Positions 1-14,335 are shown, counted from the first letter of the stretch. The stretch: DNA of 64,000 nt from Octopus vulgaris (GCA_951406725.2 OX597825.1:31496001-31560000), one strand, 5' to 3'. Translations and numbers: made by a program. The notes: generated by a model not told the origin, from the letters alone.

Positions 1-33
<33 letters not shown>

Positions 34-88
34 TGAATACACATCGTATATATATGTGTTTATATATACATAAATATATATATACATG

Positions 89-141
<53 letters not shown>

Positions 142-144
<3 letters not shown>

Positions 145-645
145 AGAAAAAAGCAACAAGAATGGATTAGTTGTTCAGTACAATTGTTTCATACGAAGAA
201 CAGCTTTATTAAAAGCTGCAAATATTGCAGCAAATATAAGTGTCCCGTATTCATCAGCCAAAACACATATGAGTTTTCCAAACATCCTAGGGGGTGAGGC
301 TACACTCATGAAGTATCGAAGAGAGTTCTATAAAAAGCAAAGTTAGATTGTAAGCAGACTTCAAAAGTTCTCTAATGATGCACAGTTTTATAAAAAAAGT
401 TTTAAAAAGTCTTTTAAAAAAGTTTGTTAGCTTCACAGAAAAGGTAAATCCATCCGTAATAATGCAGGTGTAATTTCCGGAGATATGAGGAGATATTTCA
501 TACTCAGAGACGATGAATTTATCCATAATAATGTAGATGTAATTTCCTGATATATGAGAAGATGCTGATCACACTTCTGTTCATTTCACAAAACTACTAT
601 GTTGAAAGAAGAGATTGACTATATTGGCTAAAAGGAGTCAGTGAA
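142..645 (-). mobile_element. Penelope-like element terminal fragment embedded in (TA)n, carrying a hammerhead motif
   Basis: Flanked by (TA)n on both sides and contains a complete type I hammerhead core on the minus strand, as is typical of Penelope pseudo-LTRs. No protein motif recognised. Confidence 0.5.
173..264 (-). ncRNA. Type I hammerhead ribozyme motif
   Basis: Minus strand reads GUUUUGG-CUGAUGA-[AUACGGG...long hairpin...UUCGUAU]-GAAAC-AAUU-GUA-CUGAAC. The core is intact, stem III has a palindromic loop and the cleavage triplet is GUA. Confidence 0.65.
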
Positions 646-1386
646 TATATATATATATATATATACATGTATAAATATATATATATATATATATAATAAA
701 TAAAAAGACCACAATGAACAATTTCATTTAGAATGGTTGATTCTCTCAATTTCGATACCATATGACAAAGGCAAGGAATTCTGTCTTCTCTGCAATTCTG
801 AGCTATTTTTCATTATTTTCTCTAAACATACTCTAGTAAACACGGTTATAGAGCGAGCATACAGATGTAAGCATTGGCAAAAACATACATTTAGTGCATA
901 TAAGTAGTCTCTATCATTATATATAATTTAAACTTTAATTTCCTTTATATTTAACATTCACTATTGGTATCCCTACTCTTTCTGTTAGCTAATTATGACG
1001 TTATATCATATAACGTTTTTTTAAACAATATTAATAGCATTCTGTCTATCGCTATACAAATCCATCATTTTTTGCTAAAATGTCTTATTGACGAGTTTCG
1101 TTTTTTTCACTTTCCTGAGGAGAAGATTGCATTGTTTATACCATTTATTCTTTTGAATAGTATCAGTGGAATTTTCGAAACATGTGTCGAAAGTAATAAT
1201 ATTTGATTACACCTGCGTTAAACTCCATTTATTTATTCATATATTATTCAAAATATTCAACGTAAACACGAAGTTTCTACCTTTATAAACAAGGAGTTAC
1301 AACATCTTTACTTGTGAGATTTTTGCTACCCTGGTAACTATTTTTTTTTCCGTGTTATTTGTTAACAAGGTAAAAATACACTCATC

Positions 1387-1456
<70 letters not shown>

Positions 1457-2205
1457 TGAGTGTATAAGATTATGGAGAGGATACACATCAGTGGGTAGAC
1501 ATTCCAGTGGGTCTATTTATTCCAAAGCATCAGCATGTATTAGAAGAAAACATACACATGTAGTAACTATGTGTTACACACACATGTATTAATATTACAG
1601 AAAAGAGCCAAAGACCAGTTCCTTATGGCCGTTTCTAACAAGAAACAGCGAAATCCTCCATTCCACCTCCATCTTCTCAGTGTTCTGTACGGATGGGCAG
1701 TTAAAGTTTGGATGATGAGTGTGCCTCTAGGCTTTTTCAGAGGGTTTAAGTGGTTAGGAGGGATAATACATATAATAAACCGTTAACAATTGGTACAGTG
1801 TATTTGTCATTATTAGAAAGGGCAGAAAAATGAATATGAGCAAACATGAGGCTGTGAGAGAAGTACAACTTATTAAAATGAATTAGGTGCAGGAAGTGGA
1901 AATAAGCCATACCATCCGCAACGTTGCACCTACTAGCTGGCACTTTACATATGAACTTTCACCTCCGTGACACGGACCATACTTTCAAATCCACCACTGT
2001 ATTTATATGTAAACATAATTTGAATTCCTATGTAAACATAATGCGAACTACTCCTTAACTTCACCCTTCCTAAAAACTCCTCCCAAGAATGACTATACTC
2101 ACCTATCCACCATTGGAAAAGTAACGTGGATCATGGAGTACATCACGGGAAGTTTGTAGCTTATTTCCCCTTCCTATACGTATATTTCTGCTGCTTTTAA
2201 ATGCC

Positions 2206-2271
<66 letters not shown>

Positions 2272-2277
<6 letters not shown>

Positions 2278-3060
2278 GGGAGTATTACTCCAAACTTACA
2301 AGGAAAAATTCAATTTAATATTAAATCAAATTTCGCAATATAAATATATAATATATATAAATTAGAGAAAAAACCACTATTATGTAATTCAAACAATGAT
2401 AGACATTAACCATATCATAGAAAAAGTAAAATATATTATAAAACATATATCTACATAAAAAAAAGTACAAAAAAATGAATAAACATTATATAAGTAAAAA
2501 GACTACGTACGTTTCCTGGCTATAACTTCAATTCGAATTACAATTAAATTTAAGTTTAATCCAAGAACAATTCAATTTAAAAGTATAGTCACTCCTTGGG
2601 TCAACAATAATAGTTAAATAAATACATATTTTTAATAAATAATCAAATAAAATTATACAATATTTATTAAAGAAATAAAAATATGATTCTTCTTATAGAA
2701 GAAACTCCGTTAACTAAATTTTAAACTTAAGAAGTAGGACCAAGTGTTTATAATACATTTATCCCGTTAAAAACCTAATGTAAAAATATAGAGTAAATAG
2801 ATAGAAAAATGTATTTTATCTGTGAAGATATATTTTAGCTTTGAGCATAATATTACTGGAAAAATATGAGTCCAATTAATTTTTAAAATACTTAAAATAA
2901 ATCATATACTTAAGTTAAGCTAAGTCACGATAATTTAATCTATATTTACTAATTAAAAAAATTATATATAGAACATTTTGATCTGGAGTCCTGAAGGAAA
3001 TCTGTTGCCGTTCAGGAAATCATTTTCGTAGCTCCTACAGCAACAATTGATGCTCAAATG
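2272..3060 (-). mobile_element. Penelope-like 3' remnant with decayed hammerhead
   Basis: Starts at a (TA)n tract. Minus strand 2500-2605 reads GAC-CCAAGGA-(stem)-GAAAC-GUAC-GUA-GUC. Confidence 0.4.
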
Positions 3061-3717
3061 TACTTTATTTTCTCTTCCCTTCAACCACATTATCGACAAA
3101 AGCAACTTTAACAGCTTTTTGGTAGTCTCCTCATTTATGTGTATGCATGTTCCAAAATATAGTCCACAATATCGCATTACCACACATCTTTTTTTATGGA
3201 GAATAACGCAGGCTCACACGTATACATACGCACATACATACATAAGTGCATACATATGGACAAACGTACGTATGCACAAATAAGTATACATAAATGAATA
3301 TTTACCAAGATACATACATAGATACACACAAACACACCTACATACGCCCATACATACATACATACATACATACATACCTATATAGATATATATATATATA
3401 CATACATACATACATACACATATATACATACACACGTGCATGCATAATACATACATGAATACATTCATACACACATGCTATATATACATGCATGAATGCA
3501 TACATACATGCAAATACATGCGTACATATATGCTATATATTCATACAAGCATGCATATCTACATGTTGTAGCCAGAACACTTTAATGAGATCCGGAGAAA
3601 GGATGCCCCTGAGACCAAAGAAATAGAACCCACAATACGGTAGAGGCCATAACCACTCATAATAAAAAGAAGGGCTGATGGAATGTCCCAGTGATAAACC
3701 TTAATAAAATATAAACA

Positions 3718-3899
3718 GGCGTAGGAGTGGCTGTGTGGTAAGTGGCTTGTTTACCAACCACATGGTTCCGGGTTCTGTCCCACTGCGTGGCACCTTGGGC
3801 AAGTGTCTTCTACTATAGCCTCGGGTTGACCAAAGCCTTGTGAGTGTATTTGGTAGACGGAAACTGAAAGAAGCCCGTCGTATATATGTATATATATAA

Positions 3900-3937
<38 letters not shown>

Positions 3938-4154
3938 TTGTGTGTCAGTGTTTGTCCCCCCCTCCCACAACATCGTTTGACAACCGATGCTGGTGTGTTT
4001 ACGTCCCCGTAACTTAGCGGTTCGGCAAAAAACACCGATAGAATAAGCACTAGGCTTACAAAGAATAAGTCCTGGGGTCGATTTGCTCGACTAAAGGCAG
4101 TGCTCCAGCATGGCCACAGTCAAATGACTGAAACAAGTAAAAAGGTAAAAGAGA
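3718..4154 (+). mobile_element. tRNA-derived SINE, family B (CORE-like centre, internal TA/TG microsatellite)
   Basis: A-box-like TGGCTGTGTGG, B-box-like GGTTCTGTCCC and CORE-like CCTTGGGCAAGT. Similar copies at 19945-20353, 36612-36992 and 63625-64000. Confidence 0.85.
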
Positions 4155-4254
4155 ATAATAGACCTGATAGTGATTTGGGATGGAGAAGGGAAACTATGTG
4201 GAGTAGTAGGAAAGAGTATTATAGACGTGTCAGAATGGTCCTAATAATAATAAT

Positions 4255-4807
4255 ATGCCCTGATGCAGTACCAGGCAGTGACTCTCTTGGATTCTGATCG
4301 AACTGATTGGAAGTATTATCATGTACATTGTTTTGTCTTGGTATAAAAGATGAGCTACAGCAAATATTCTGCTCAATACCACAGATTTGCTTGTCAGTTG
4401 TTTGACCTTAACCAGTTGAGCATGTCCTTTGGTGGTTGACGATATGTGATCACAGGCAGAAGTAGTGGGTGAGCATCATAGCCATGTGCTGAGAGCAGTT
4501 GTTTGGAGTTTGAATATTTCACCTCTGGAAACATGGGTGTTCAACATCTTTAAACAGCCCATATTCAGGGACCTTTTGAGCGACATGCGCTACTCGACCT
4601 GAAAAAAATTCTAACTGGACTCCATCTGCAAGGTTAGGTGCTGTTTATCTTGATATGAGATCACCATGTCACGCACATGTGACTGTGATGCATGTGATGC
4701 ATGTGCCTGGTGTACCCTTTTCAGACGGGTAGTTATGATGGGTATATTGGGCTTCGCATATTCTACCCTTTGATGTCACTTTGATGGTATGCACTGCTCT
4801 CTCACTC
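4255..4807 (+). mobile_element. Non-coding TAA-associated retroposon (longest copy)
   Basis: Bounded by (TAA)n on both sides. Its 3' part recurs 5'-truncated at 20888-21007 and 32310-32368, always ending CTCTCACTC(AAT)n. Confidence 0.65.
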
Positions 4808-6200
<1,393 letters not shown>

Positions 6201-6221
6201 ATAATAATAATAACAATAATG

Positions 6222-6284
<63 letters not shown>

Positions 6285-7317
6285 TATCAAATATTGGCAC
6301 AATGCCAGCAATTTTAGAGGAGGGTTAAGTCGATTACATCCACCCTAGTGCACAACTAGTACTCATTTTATCGACTCCCAAAGGATAAAAGGCAAAGTTG
6401 ACCTCGGCGGAGTTTGAACACAGAACATAAGGACGGACAAAATGCCACTAAGAATTTTGTCCAACTTGTTAACCATTCTAGTGGCTCAAGGTTGAAAGCC
6501 AGCAATTTAAGAGAAGGGAGATTAAGTCGCTACCACTGACCGCAATACTTGACCGGTACTGTTCTTACTTTTATGCAGTCCGGAGATATGAATGGTAAAG
6601 CTGAGCTCGGCAGGATTTGACCACGAGATGTTAAGAGCCGGAAAGTGACACTCTAACGATTCTACCGGCTCGCCGCATTTATACTGTAGATAATAATAAA
6701 CACGGATAAATTCGAGCACTGATACTTGTACATTGTAAGGTAAACATCAACAAGTGTCGTGCTTAAAATGATACAATGTAGTATCATTTAAACAGTGTAT
6801 TATGTCGACGGCTTTGTTATCTCTGTGAATGTAACGAAATTCGATCTGTCACGGTTATGACTATACATCACGTGAAACTTCTTGCTCTGGTAAATGCGAC
6901 ACATTCCAAGAGACATTATAACTATACAGATAAGGTGATGATTTGCATATTCATTCTTAATAAGGTCCGGCAAATTTGAACGTGAATATGCATATCGATA
7001 TTATATTTCGTCATTAGAGAAAAACTCCTTTCAAACGACTTTGTGTTCATTAGTGTAAGGAAACTTTGGGACATCTGGTGTTTCGACATTGTTGCATCCC
7101 CTTAGTCAAAGTTAATACAGACTAGCAAGAGTGTGTGGCTCTTGCTTATAATTTCAACGAACAAATTGGTTATTACGTGCTGATATCTGCCAACCGAATC
7201 TGCTGGATTGTATTAAGGATGTATATGCAAATCATCGTTTTCATTCTCGCTGTTCGCCGTGCGGGTAATTATTAACAGAACTATAAAAACATTCCAGCGT
7301 ATAGAGGGTCTATATAT

Positions 7318-7537
7318 TGCCCACAAGGGGCTAAACATAGAGGGGACAAACAAGGACAGACAAAGGGATTAAGTTGATTATATCGACCCAGTGCGAAACT
7401 GGTACTTTATTTATCGACCCCGAGAGGATGAAAGGCAAAGTCGACCCCGGCGGAATTTGAACTCAGAACGTAACGACAGACGAAATACCGCTAAGCATTT
7501 CGTCCGGCGCGCTAAGGTTTCTGCCAGTTCGCCGCCT
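7318..7537 (-). mobile_element. tRNA-derived SINE, family A
   Basis: GGCGGCGAACTGGCAGAAA head and central GCCTTTCATCCT.TCGGGGTCGATAAA...GTACCAG domain. 16-bp TSD TAGAGGGTCTATATAT at 7302-7317 and 7538-7553. Confidence 0.9.
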
Positions 7538-7622
7538 TAGAGGGTCTATATATACAAATGTATATATACATATAACACATACTCATATAGATAGACGTTT
7601 AAACAGACAGATAGATAAATAA

Positions 7623-7704
<82 letters not shown>

Positions 7705-7878
7705 GGACGGACGGACTGATGGATGGATGGATGGATGGATGGATGGATGTATGGATGGGTGGATGGATGGATGGATGGATGGATGGCTGGATGGATGGAT
7801 GGATAGGCAGATAGATAGATAAACGGAAGTATAGGCAGACAGATAGATAGATATTTTTCTTAGCATATATCTATATAT

Positions 7879-7941
<63 letters not shown>

Positions 7942-8307
7942 TGTGTGTGTGAGTGTGCGTGCGTGTGCGTGTGTGTGTATACAAAAGTATAAAGATCTTT
8001 TCCGGATGATATAGACTCAAAGGGCCAATTTCTGCTGCGCATATATTCAAACCCTTCTCTGATGGGGACACCGTCGCAGGAACACTCACTTTTGCCATCT
8101 GAGAAGAGTAAAGCAATGTCAAATGAAATATTTTACTCAACAACATAACGCATCACCCGGTCCCGGAATCGAAACTGCAATCTTACGATCATGAATCCAG
8201 TACCCTAACCACTAGGTCACACGCTTCCACATATACACGTATATACTTACAAACAAACATACATTCGTTCATACATATATAATTACATATATACATACAT
8301 ACATATA

Positions 8308-8603
8308 TGGAGGCACATGGCCTAGTGGTTAGAGCAGCGGACTCGCGGTCGAGGGATCGGGGGTTCAAATCTCAGCCCGGGCGATGTGTGTGTTTATGAG
8401 CGAAACACCTAAGCTTCACGCGGCTCCGGCAGAAGGTAATGGCGAACATCTGCTGACTCTATCGCCACAACTTTCTCTCACTCTTTCCTCTTGCAGCTCA
8501 TCTGCGACGGACCGGCGTCCCGTTCAGGTGGGGAATCTATACGCCAAGGAAACCGGGAAACCAGCCCTTATGAGCCATGGATGGCTCGAGAAGGAACAAA
8601 CAA
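8308..8603 (+). mobile_element. tRNA-derived SINE, family C
   Basis: A box TGGCCTAGTGG, B box GGTTCAAATC and a tRNA-Arg-like head. Related head at 41776-42047 (-). Confidence 0.8.
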
Positions 8604-9129
8604 TACATGCATATACTTTTGTGCACTATAGCTAAAGAGATTGCAAATCCACTGCCAAATATTACCTTTATTTTCATCTCTGTACTCATTATTATTGGAG
8701 CAACAGTATATATACGAATTTGCCTCGTTCAAAATGTGGTTCAATTTTCATTCTTAGTGAAAGAACACAGATCTATAATTCATAGGTGTGGCAGATAATC
8801 TTATTCAATAAATAAGTACATGATTTTATTAAAAAGTAATGAGTCATTTTATTCTCTAAAAGCTTACCTTTGCGTAGGTGGTTTGTCATAATTGACTTTT
8901 GTATTCGAATCAGGAAGAGAAAACATATTTCAATTGCGTACTGCATACATGCTAACTAGGGCTATTTTACTAAGCGCTTAATTTAGGATCTTGAAAAGTA
9001 GGTGTTTTCATGGAAATAAAATGCTACCATGTATTCTGAAAATCATACACTCACACGCACATACTGATATGATATATTTATACACACACACACACACACA
9101 CACATGCATAAATACATACATATAACATA

Positions 9130-9480
9130 TGCTGAGACCCCCTTCGGTCATGACTGACAGTGGGACTGCACCTAGAATGTTACACTCCCAGGCACAAGTT
9201 GTTCATGGAAGACCAGCGAGGTTGTTCATGGAAGACCAGCAGTTGCCCATGCATACCGGCATCGCTTCTCCGTGCCACCAGTGTTATCCAAGGGAAAGGC
9301 AACGGCTGATACAGATTGGCACCTGTGACGTCGCAACTCATTTCTAGAGCTGAGTGAACTGGAGCAATGTGAAATAAAGTGTCTGGTTCAAGAACTCACA
9401 ACCTCACGAATCACGGGATTCGAACTCACAATCTCACGATCGTAAGCCCGACACTCTAACCACTGAGCCATGCGCCTTCG
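9130..9480 (-). mobile_element. tRNA-derived SINE (family D-like head, different tail)
   Basis: Minus-strand A box TGGCTCAGTGG and B box GTTCGAATCC; body resembles 44340-44598. Confidence 0.7.
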
Positions 9481-9568
9481 CTACATATAACCTAAAATAT
9501 ATACATATATATATATAATACATATATGTATGGGGTGCGTGTGGGGTGCATACACACACACACACACA

Positions 9569-10354
9569 CAGGGTACGGTGATTAAACTGTCGGCTAAATT
9601 ACACAAAAATGAAAATAATACTGACCTCTAATTTAAACAGATATATTTATCAAAATTACATAAAACATCTTGAAATACTAAAGAATAAATTTATTCAATA
9701 AAATTGCCTCCAGACGACTTCGGAATCTCCTTCAACTCTTCTGGGTGGTCTCTTTGTCTAAGTTGGTGAATGCTGCCATAATCCTTGCCTTCAGTTCACC
9801 TTTGGTGTTACCAGGAATTTTGTTGGTCCCTCGGTCAACTACGCCCCACACATAATAATCAAGGGGGTTGCAGTCTGGGGGAGTTAGGTGGCCAGATGCT
9901 AGGGGTGACATGGTCGCAGAAATTGTCTGACAGCCATGACTAGGTTCTCCTACTTGTGTGATATGGTACAGAGTCCTGTTGCCAGACATGGGATCTTCCA
10001 GCAGCCACCTCTTTACATGGGGCAGAACTGCTTTTCTCCAGGTATTTTATGTAGGCCTCCATGTCATGTTGAGTCTGAGGCCATGTGGGAAGATGAATGA
10101 AGGTATAATGATGTCGTTACTAGTGATCACTCCAAACACCATGAGGTCGACTGGATGTTTGATCTTTATCACTCTCGATACAGCATGTTGTTTCCAAATT
10201 TCTGGCAGAGTGAATTGCGTCATGGTGCTGTTTCTTCTCACAGACGGTGCCCAACTGACCCTACTATATTGTGTAGTCGACAAAATCAAAAACAAACAAC
10301 GCCCATGCGCGAATTAGAAACATAAAATGGTGACAATTTACCCATCGCACCCTG
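9569..10354 (-). mobile_element. maT (DD37D) Tc1/mariner transposon, internally deleted
   Basis: Imperfect TIRs CAGGGT(A/G)CG...AAA(C/T)TGTC, with TA at the right flank. Minus strand gives WQQDSVPYH...WPPNSP/DCNPLDYYVWG with 37 residues between the two aspartates (one stop, one frameshift). Confidence 0.85.
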
Positions 10355-10854
10355 TATGTACATACATACATACATACATACATACATACAGACAGACATA
10401 CATACATACATACATACATACATACATACATACATACATACATACATACATACATACATACATTCATACATACATACATTCATACATACATACATACATA
10501 CATATGCTGCCTTGTACGGCGACCTTTGGCGGCAAGGTCGAGAACGAGGACCCGGAACAATCGCGATCAACCCCACACACGCACACACAAGACCGCAGTG
10601 ATGGAGTAAGCGGATGATGATTACAACGCTTGTACAAGCGGATGAAGAGGGCTACGGATTACGGACATACTACAGAAGGCGCCACTCAAGACTATAACCC
10701 GGTCAGCGACAGTCCGTTGCAGTTTCATAACCGGATCCTGCTTGTCTCATTCTAAATATGCCGCTGAAGAAGATCATGAAATAAAGTGTGGGGGTCACAA
10801 ACTATTGGCACTTTCTTCTACACTTGATTGTCTTTTGTCTCCAACCATATGTGC

Positions 10855-10902
<48 letters not shown>

Positions 10903-11079
10903 ACGTGTATGTGAGCTCATACGCTAGCACTTGCGCTAAGCAGTGATGGGATATAAACGATCTTTAGTTTAGTTAAAATATGTGTAACATTTTTGAACTT
11001 CTAAAGGTAAGTTCACTGCAGTTCACCGTGGAGAAAAAATTTCTCGCTGATGGCAAAAGGTGTAAAAATACCATATCTG

Positions 11080-11620
11080 CTCATTGTCTTCCCCTACCGG
11101 ACCCCTACAGGACTCCTTGGACACGTTTCTAGATCCTTATTCTGCAAATTCATTTTGTAATCAGAAATGAATTGAACACATAATTTATACAGTTTTTGCC
11201 TAAAAAGTAACAATTGGGCTGTTTGTCTCGGCAAACAAGAAATGAGCCCCTCCTTTAGAGAAAAGATTTTTAAAAAGTGGAGACATAAATATATGCACAT
11301 AATTGAATTATTCGTCTGAAATGTTTAAGAAATAATCGTGAAAAGTTGCTGGCTTCCCCAGAAAAGGAGATACCGAAGAAAAAATTCTGGACAGATTATA
11401 AAGTCGTAGCTTCCTTTATAACAACTAATATCAGTAACTGTGTTGCGCTTGGGGACCACCTGGTCAGAACAAATACAGTAATAACAGTGTAAAGCAGTTC
11501 TTCGGTTTCTAATCCTGAGGAAGGCTAAGGAGCTAGAAACGCATCTAGGAATTCGCTGGGGGATAAGGATTTTTTTTCCTTCAAGGTGAACTACTGAGAA
11601 TTTGCCTTTAGTGGTTAAAA
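11080..11620 (+). mobile_element. Decayed Penelope-like fragment; 232 bp of it repeated at 15429-15660
   Basis: THNLYSFCLKSNNWAVCLGK loosely resembles a GIY-YIG N-terminus. Hammerhead-like CTGAGGA...GAAAC at 11515-11540. Confidence 0.35.
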
Positions 11621-11904
11621 CATGTCATGAATATATTTGAATTAACCTAAAGTTCATATAATATTAAATATGCATAACAGTAATCTTGTGTTGAATTTTC
11701 TAAAGACTTCGAAATCATATTTACTTCATTCGAAACATGAGAAACCCCTTCAGCAATAGAAATGTACAGTTATTAACAAATCTCAAGAAAACAACTTTGC
11801 CCCTCTACCTCAGCACTTATGACCAAAACAAACCAGAGCAATCTAAGCTACTACAAATAGTAGTTTTCTCTACCTTCAATGGCAGTTTCACCTATAGAAA
11901 ATTA

Positions 11905-12310
11905 GCGATGTCACATATGCAATCTTAGCAACAAAATAGGCAACCCACATACACAAAATTGGAAACTCCACATATATACAATCTTAGTAAACCCACATGT
12001 ACAAAACTGACAACGTTACATAAACAAAATTAGAAACCCCACATATACAAAGATGGCACCATCTCATATACAAAACTGATAAGGAAACATACAAAATTGG
12101 CAATGTCACTTATACAAAATTGGCAACTTTGCAGGTACAAATGTGGAAGTGACGTATGTTCAACTTTCTCAATGACACGCAGATGAACTTAACAACCTCA
12201 CGTAGACTATATTCGCAATGTCATACAAAATTCGTAACATTACGTATGTGTGTCCTTCTATAGAACGTCACACGTACAAAATATACATTCCTGTACTTGC
12301 AAAACTTGCT
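11905..12310. repeat. Diverged minisatellite, about 23-bp unit CACATATACAAAATTGGCAAC..
   Basis: Recurring CATATACAAAATTGGCAA-like motifs at roughly 22-25 bp spacing. Confidence 0.65.
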
Positions 12311-13019
12311 GTTTCCCATCCCTGCTTACACCACCAAAAGTGTGCTTTGTCTTAGTTCCAAGAAATACTTCATTTCTGAATAACTGTTAACTCTACAAAG
12401 TTCAAGTGTGTTAGACACACTGGAGTCTTATAACGTTTTTTTTTTTTTTGCATCGGACACAGTCTTTTTCAAAGTTTAAAATACTTTTAAACGCTAATCC
12501 TAACAGAAATTTTATAGCGGTTAGTATTTGCACCCTCATCTTCGTTTAAAGGGTTAGCAGCTCTAAGAAGAGCTGTTTGGGATTTTCCACTACAGTCACT
12601 TGTTTGATAAAAACTGGGTGACACAAATTTCAGCTTCTTAAATCACTCTCATTACTTTACAGTGCTTCCCGCTGGAGTACTTGTCTCACAGATCTAAGAC
12701 TCACAAGTATCTTCTATCACGTCTAGCCAAACGAAATCTATTCACCTGATCGGTGGCTAATTACAAAAAGCAACGCTCTAACAGCCGGTCATCGTCTTTT
12801 TATCTCTTCTACCGTGCCCTTTGTTTCTTTGAAGTAGCAAGGAACATATTCCTTCTATCCAGGTCCACGCAGCACATTCCTCATTCGAATTTTCATTTCT
12901 TAATGCACTTTACCTCCATTCTAGAATCTGCATTAAACATTTTTGAGTAATCAGTCCCTTTCAGCGTTATGACTCTCTGAAAATACGTGCGTGCGCTTCG
13001 GCCTGAATCTGCAACAAAA

Positions 13020-14185
13020 TTGGTCCTCCTTTGGCATCAACCTCAGTTTTAATGCATTAAAGAATTGACCTGTACAGGTTCCGAATGGTTGTTAAGATAA
13101 TTTTGCCCGTTTTTCCAGCTCTTTCATCGACGATGGTGGAGGGTAGCGGCGAAGAGTACCAGCGGAGGGTAGCGGTGAAGGTTAGCGACGAAAGGTAGCG
13201 GCGGAGGGTAGCGGCGGAGGGTAGCGGCGAAGGGTAGCGCCCAAGGTTAGCGGTGAAGGGTAGCAGCAGGGCGTAGTAGCGAAGGGTAGTAGCGGTGGGT
13301 AGTGGCAGAGGGTAGCGGTGAAGGGTAGCGGCGGAGGGTACCGGCGAAAGATAGTGGCGAAGAGTAGCGGCGGAGGATAGTGGCGAAGTATAGCGACAGA
13401 GGGTAGTGGCGAAGGATAGCGGCGGAGTGTAGCAGCGAAAGGTAGCGGCGGAGAATAGCAGTGGAGGATAGTGACGAAGGGTAGCGCCCAAGGTTAACAG
13501 CGAAGGGTAGCAGCGGAGGGTAGCGGCGAAGGGTAACGACGAAGGGTAGTAGTGGTGGGTAGCGGCGAAAGATAGTGTCGAAAGATAGTGGCGAAGGGTA
13601 GCGGCGAAGGGTAGCGGTGGAGGATAGTGGCGAAGGGTAGCGGTGGAGGGTAGCGGTGGAGGATAGTTGCGAAGGGTAGCGGTGGAGGGTAGCGGTGGAG
13701 GATAGTGACGAAGGGTAACGCCCAAGGTTAACGACGAAGGGTAGCAATGGAGGGTAACGCGAAGGGTAACGACGAAGGGTAGTAGTGGTGGGTAGCGGCG
13801 AAAGATAGTGTCGAAAGATAGTGGCGAAGGGTAGCGGCGAAGGGTAGCGGCGGAGGATAGTGGAGAAGTGTAGCGGTGGAGGGTAGCGGCGCAGGTTAGC
13901 AGCAGAGGGTAGGGGTGAAGGGTAGCGGTGGGGGTTGCGACTCTCCAGTTATTAAGCGAAAATGCACCATAAGTGTTTGATTCTATTGAAATCCTGCGTT
14001 TGTGGGGTTCATTTTAAATAGTTTACCTCACTTTTGGATTCTTCGTACCAATTTTGAATAGCACTGGCCATATGAGTCGGTGAATTATCGTACTCTAAGT
14101 TTGTACCATTGGATGGACATGATCAACCAAAATACTTAGATAATCCTTGACATGAACTTGGCCATATAAAACGATTAAAGTACCG
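13020..14185 (-). pseudogene. Tc1-family transposase C-terminal relic split by a minisatellite
   Basis: Minus strand reads GTLIVLYG..DYLSILVDHVHPMVQT, then AIQNWYEE..TPQTQDFNRIKHLW, the repeat, then RYPPPSSMKELE and TIRNLYRSI..AKGGP. Confidence 0.75.
13136..13935. repeat. GC-rich 13-bp minisatellite (GAAGGGTAGCGGC)n, about 60 units, with higher-order structure
   Basis: Seen directly. Variant CGCCCAAGGTTA recurs at about 13238, 13485 and 13719. Confidence 0.95.
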
Positions 14186-14307
14186 AGACTAGAGCTCCAA
14201 TCCATCACTGGAACTACATCATTTAAATATATATGAGCATATCTAATTATGCAACTATATGCATGAGAGTACATACATAAAACATGCACATCTGCACATA
14301 CATACAT
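14186..14307 (+). mobile_element. 3' end of RLE-type retrotransposon with (TACA)n tail
   Basis: Near-identical to 16776-16895. Confidence 0.65.
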
Positions 14308-14335
14308 ATCATCACAGAATTATCGGTATGCTTCG

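Noticed and set aside
8308-8385. tRNA gene (also other A/B-box heads)
   Set aside because: Continues into a SINE body found in multiple copies; cloverleaf imperfect.
10761-10812. Hammerhead-like CTGAAGA...CAAAC; similar weak motifs at about 1620-1685 (-) and 43169-43197 (+)
   Set aside because: Core nucleotides are mutated and stems are poor; at best fossil Penelope motifs.
13057-13747. Pro-rich repetitive ORFs (222 and 166 aa)
   Set aside because: Read-through of a 13-bp minisatellite whose unit is not a multiple of 3 and which lies inside a dead transposase.
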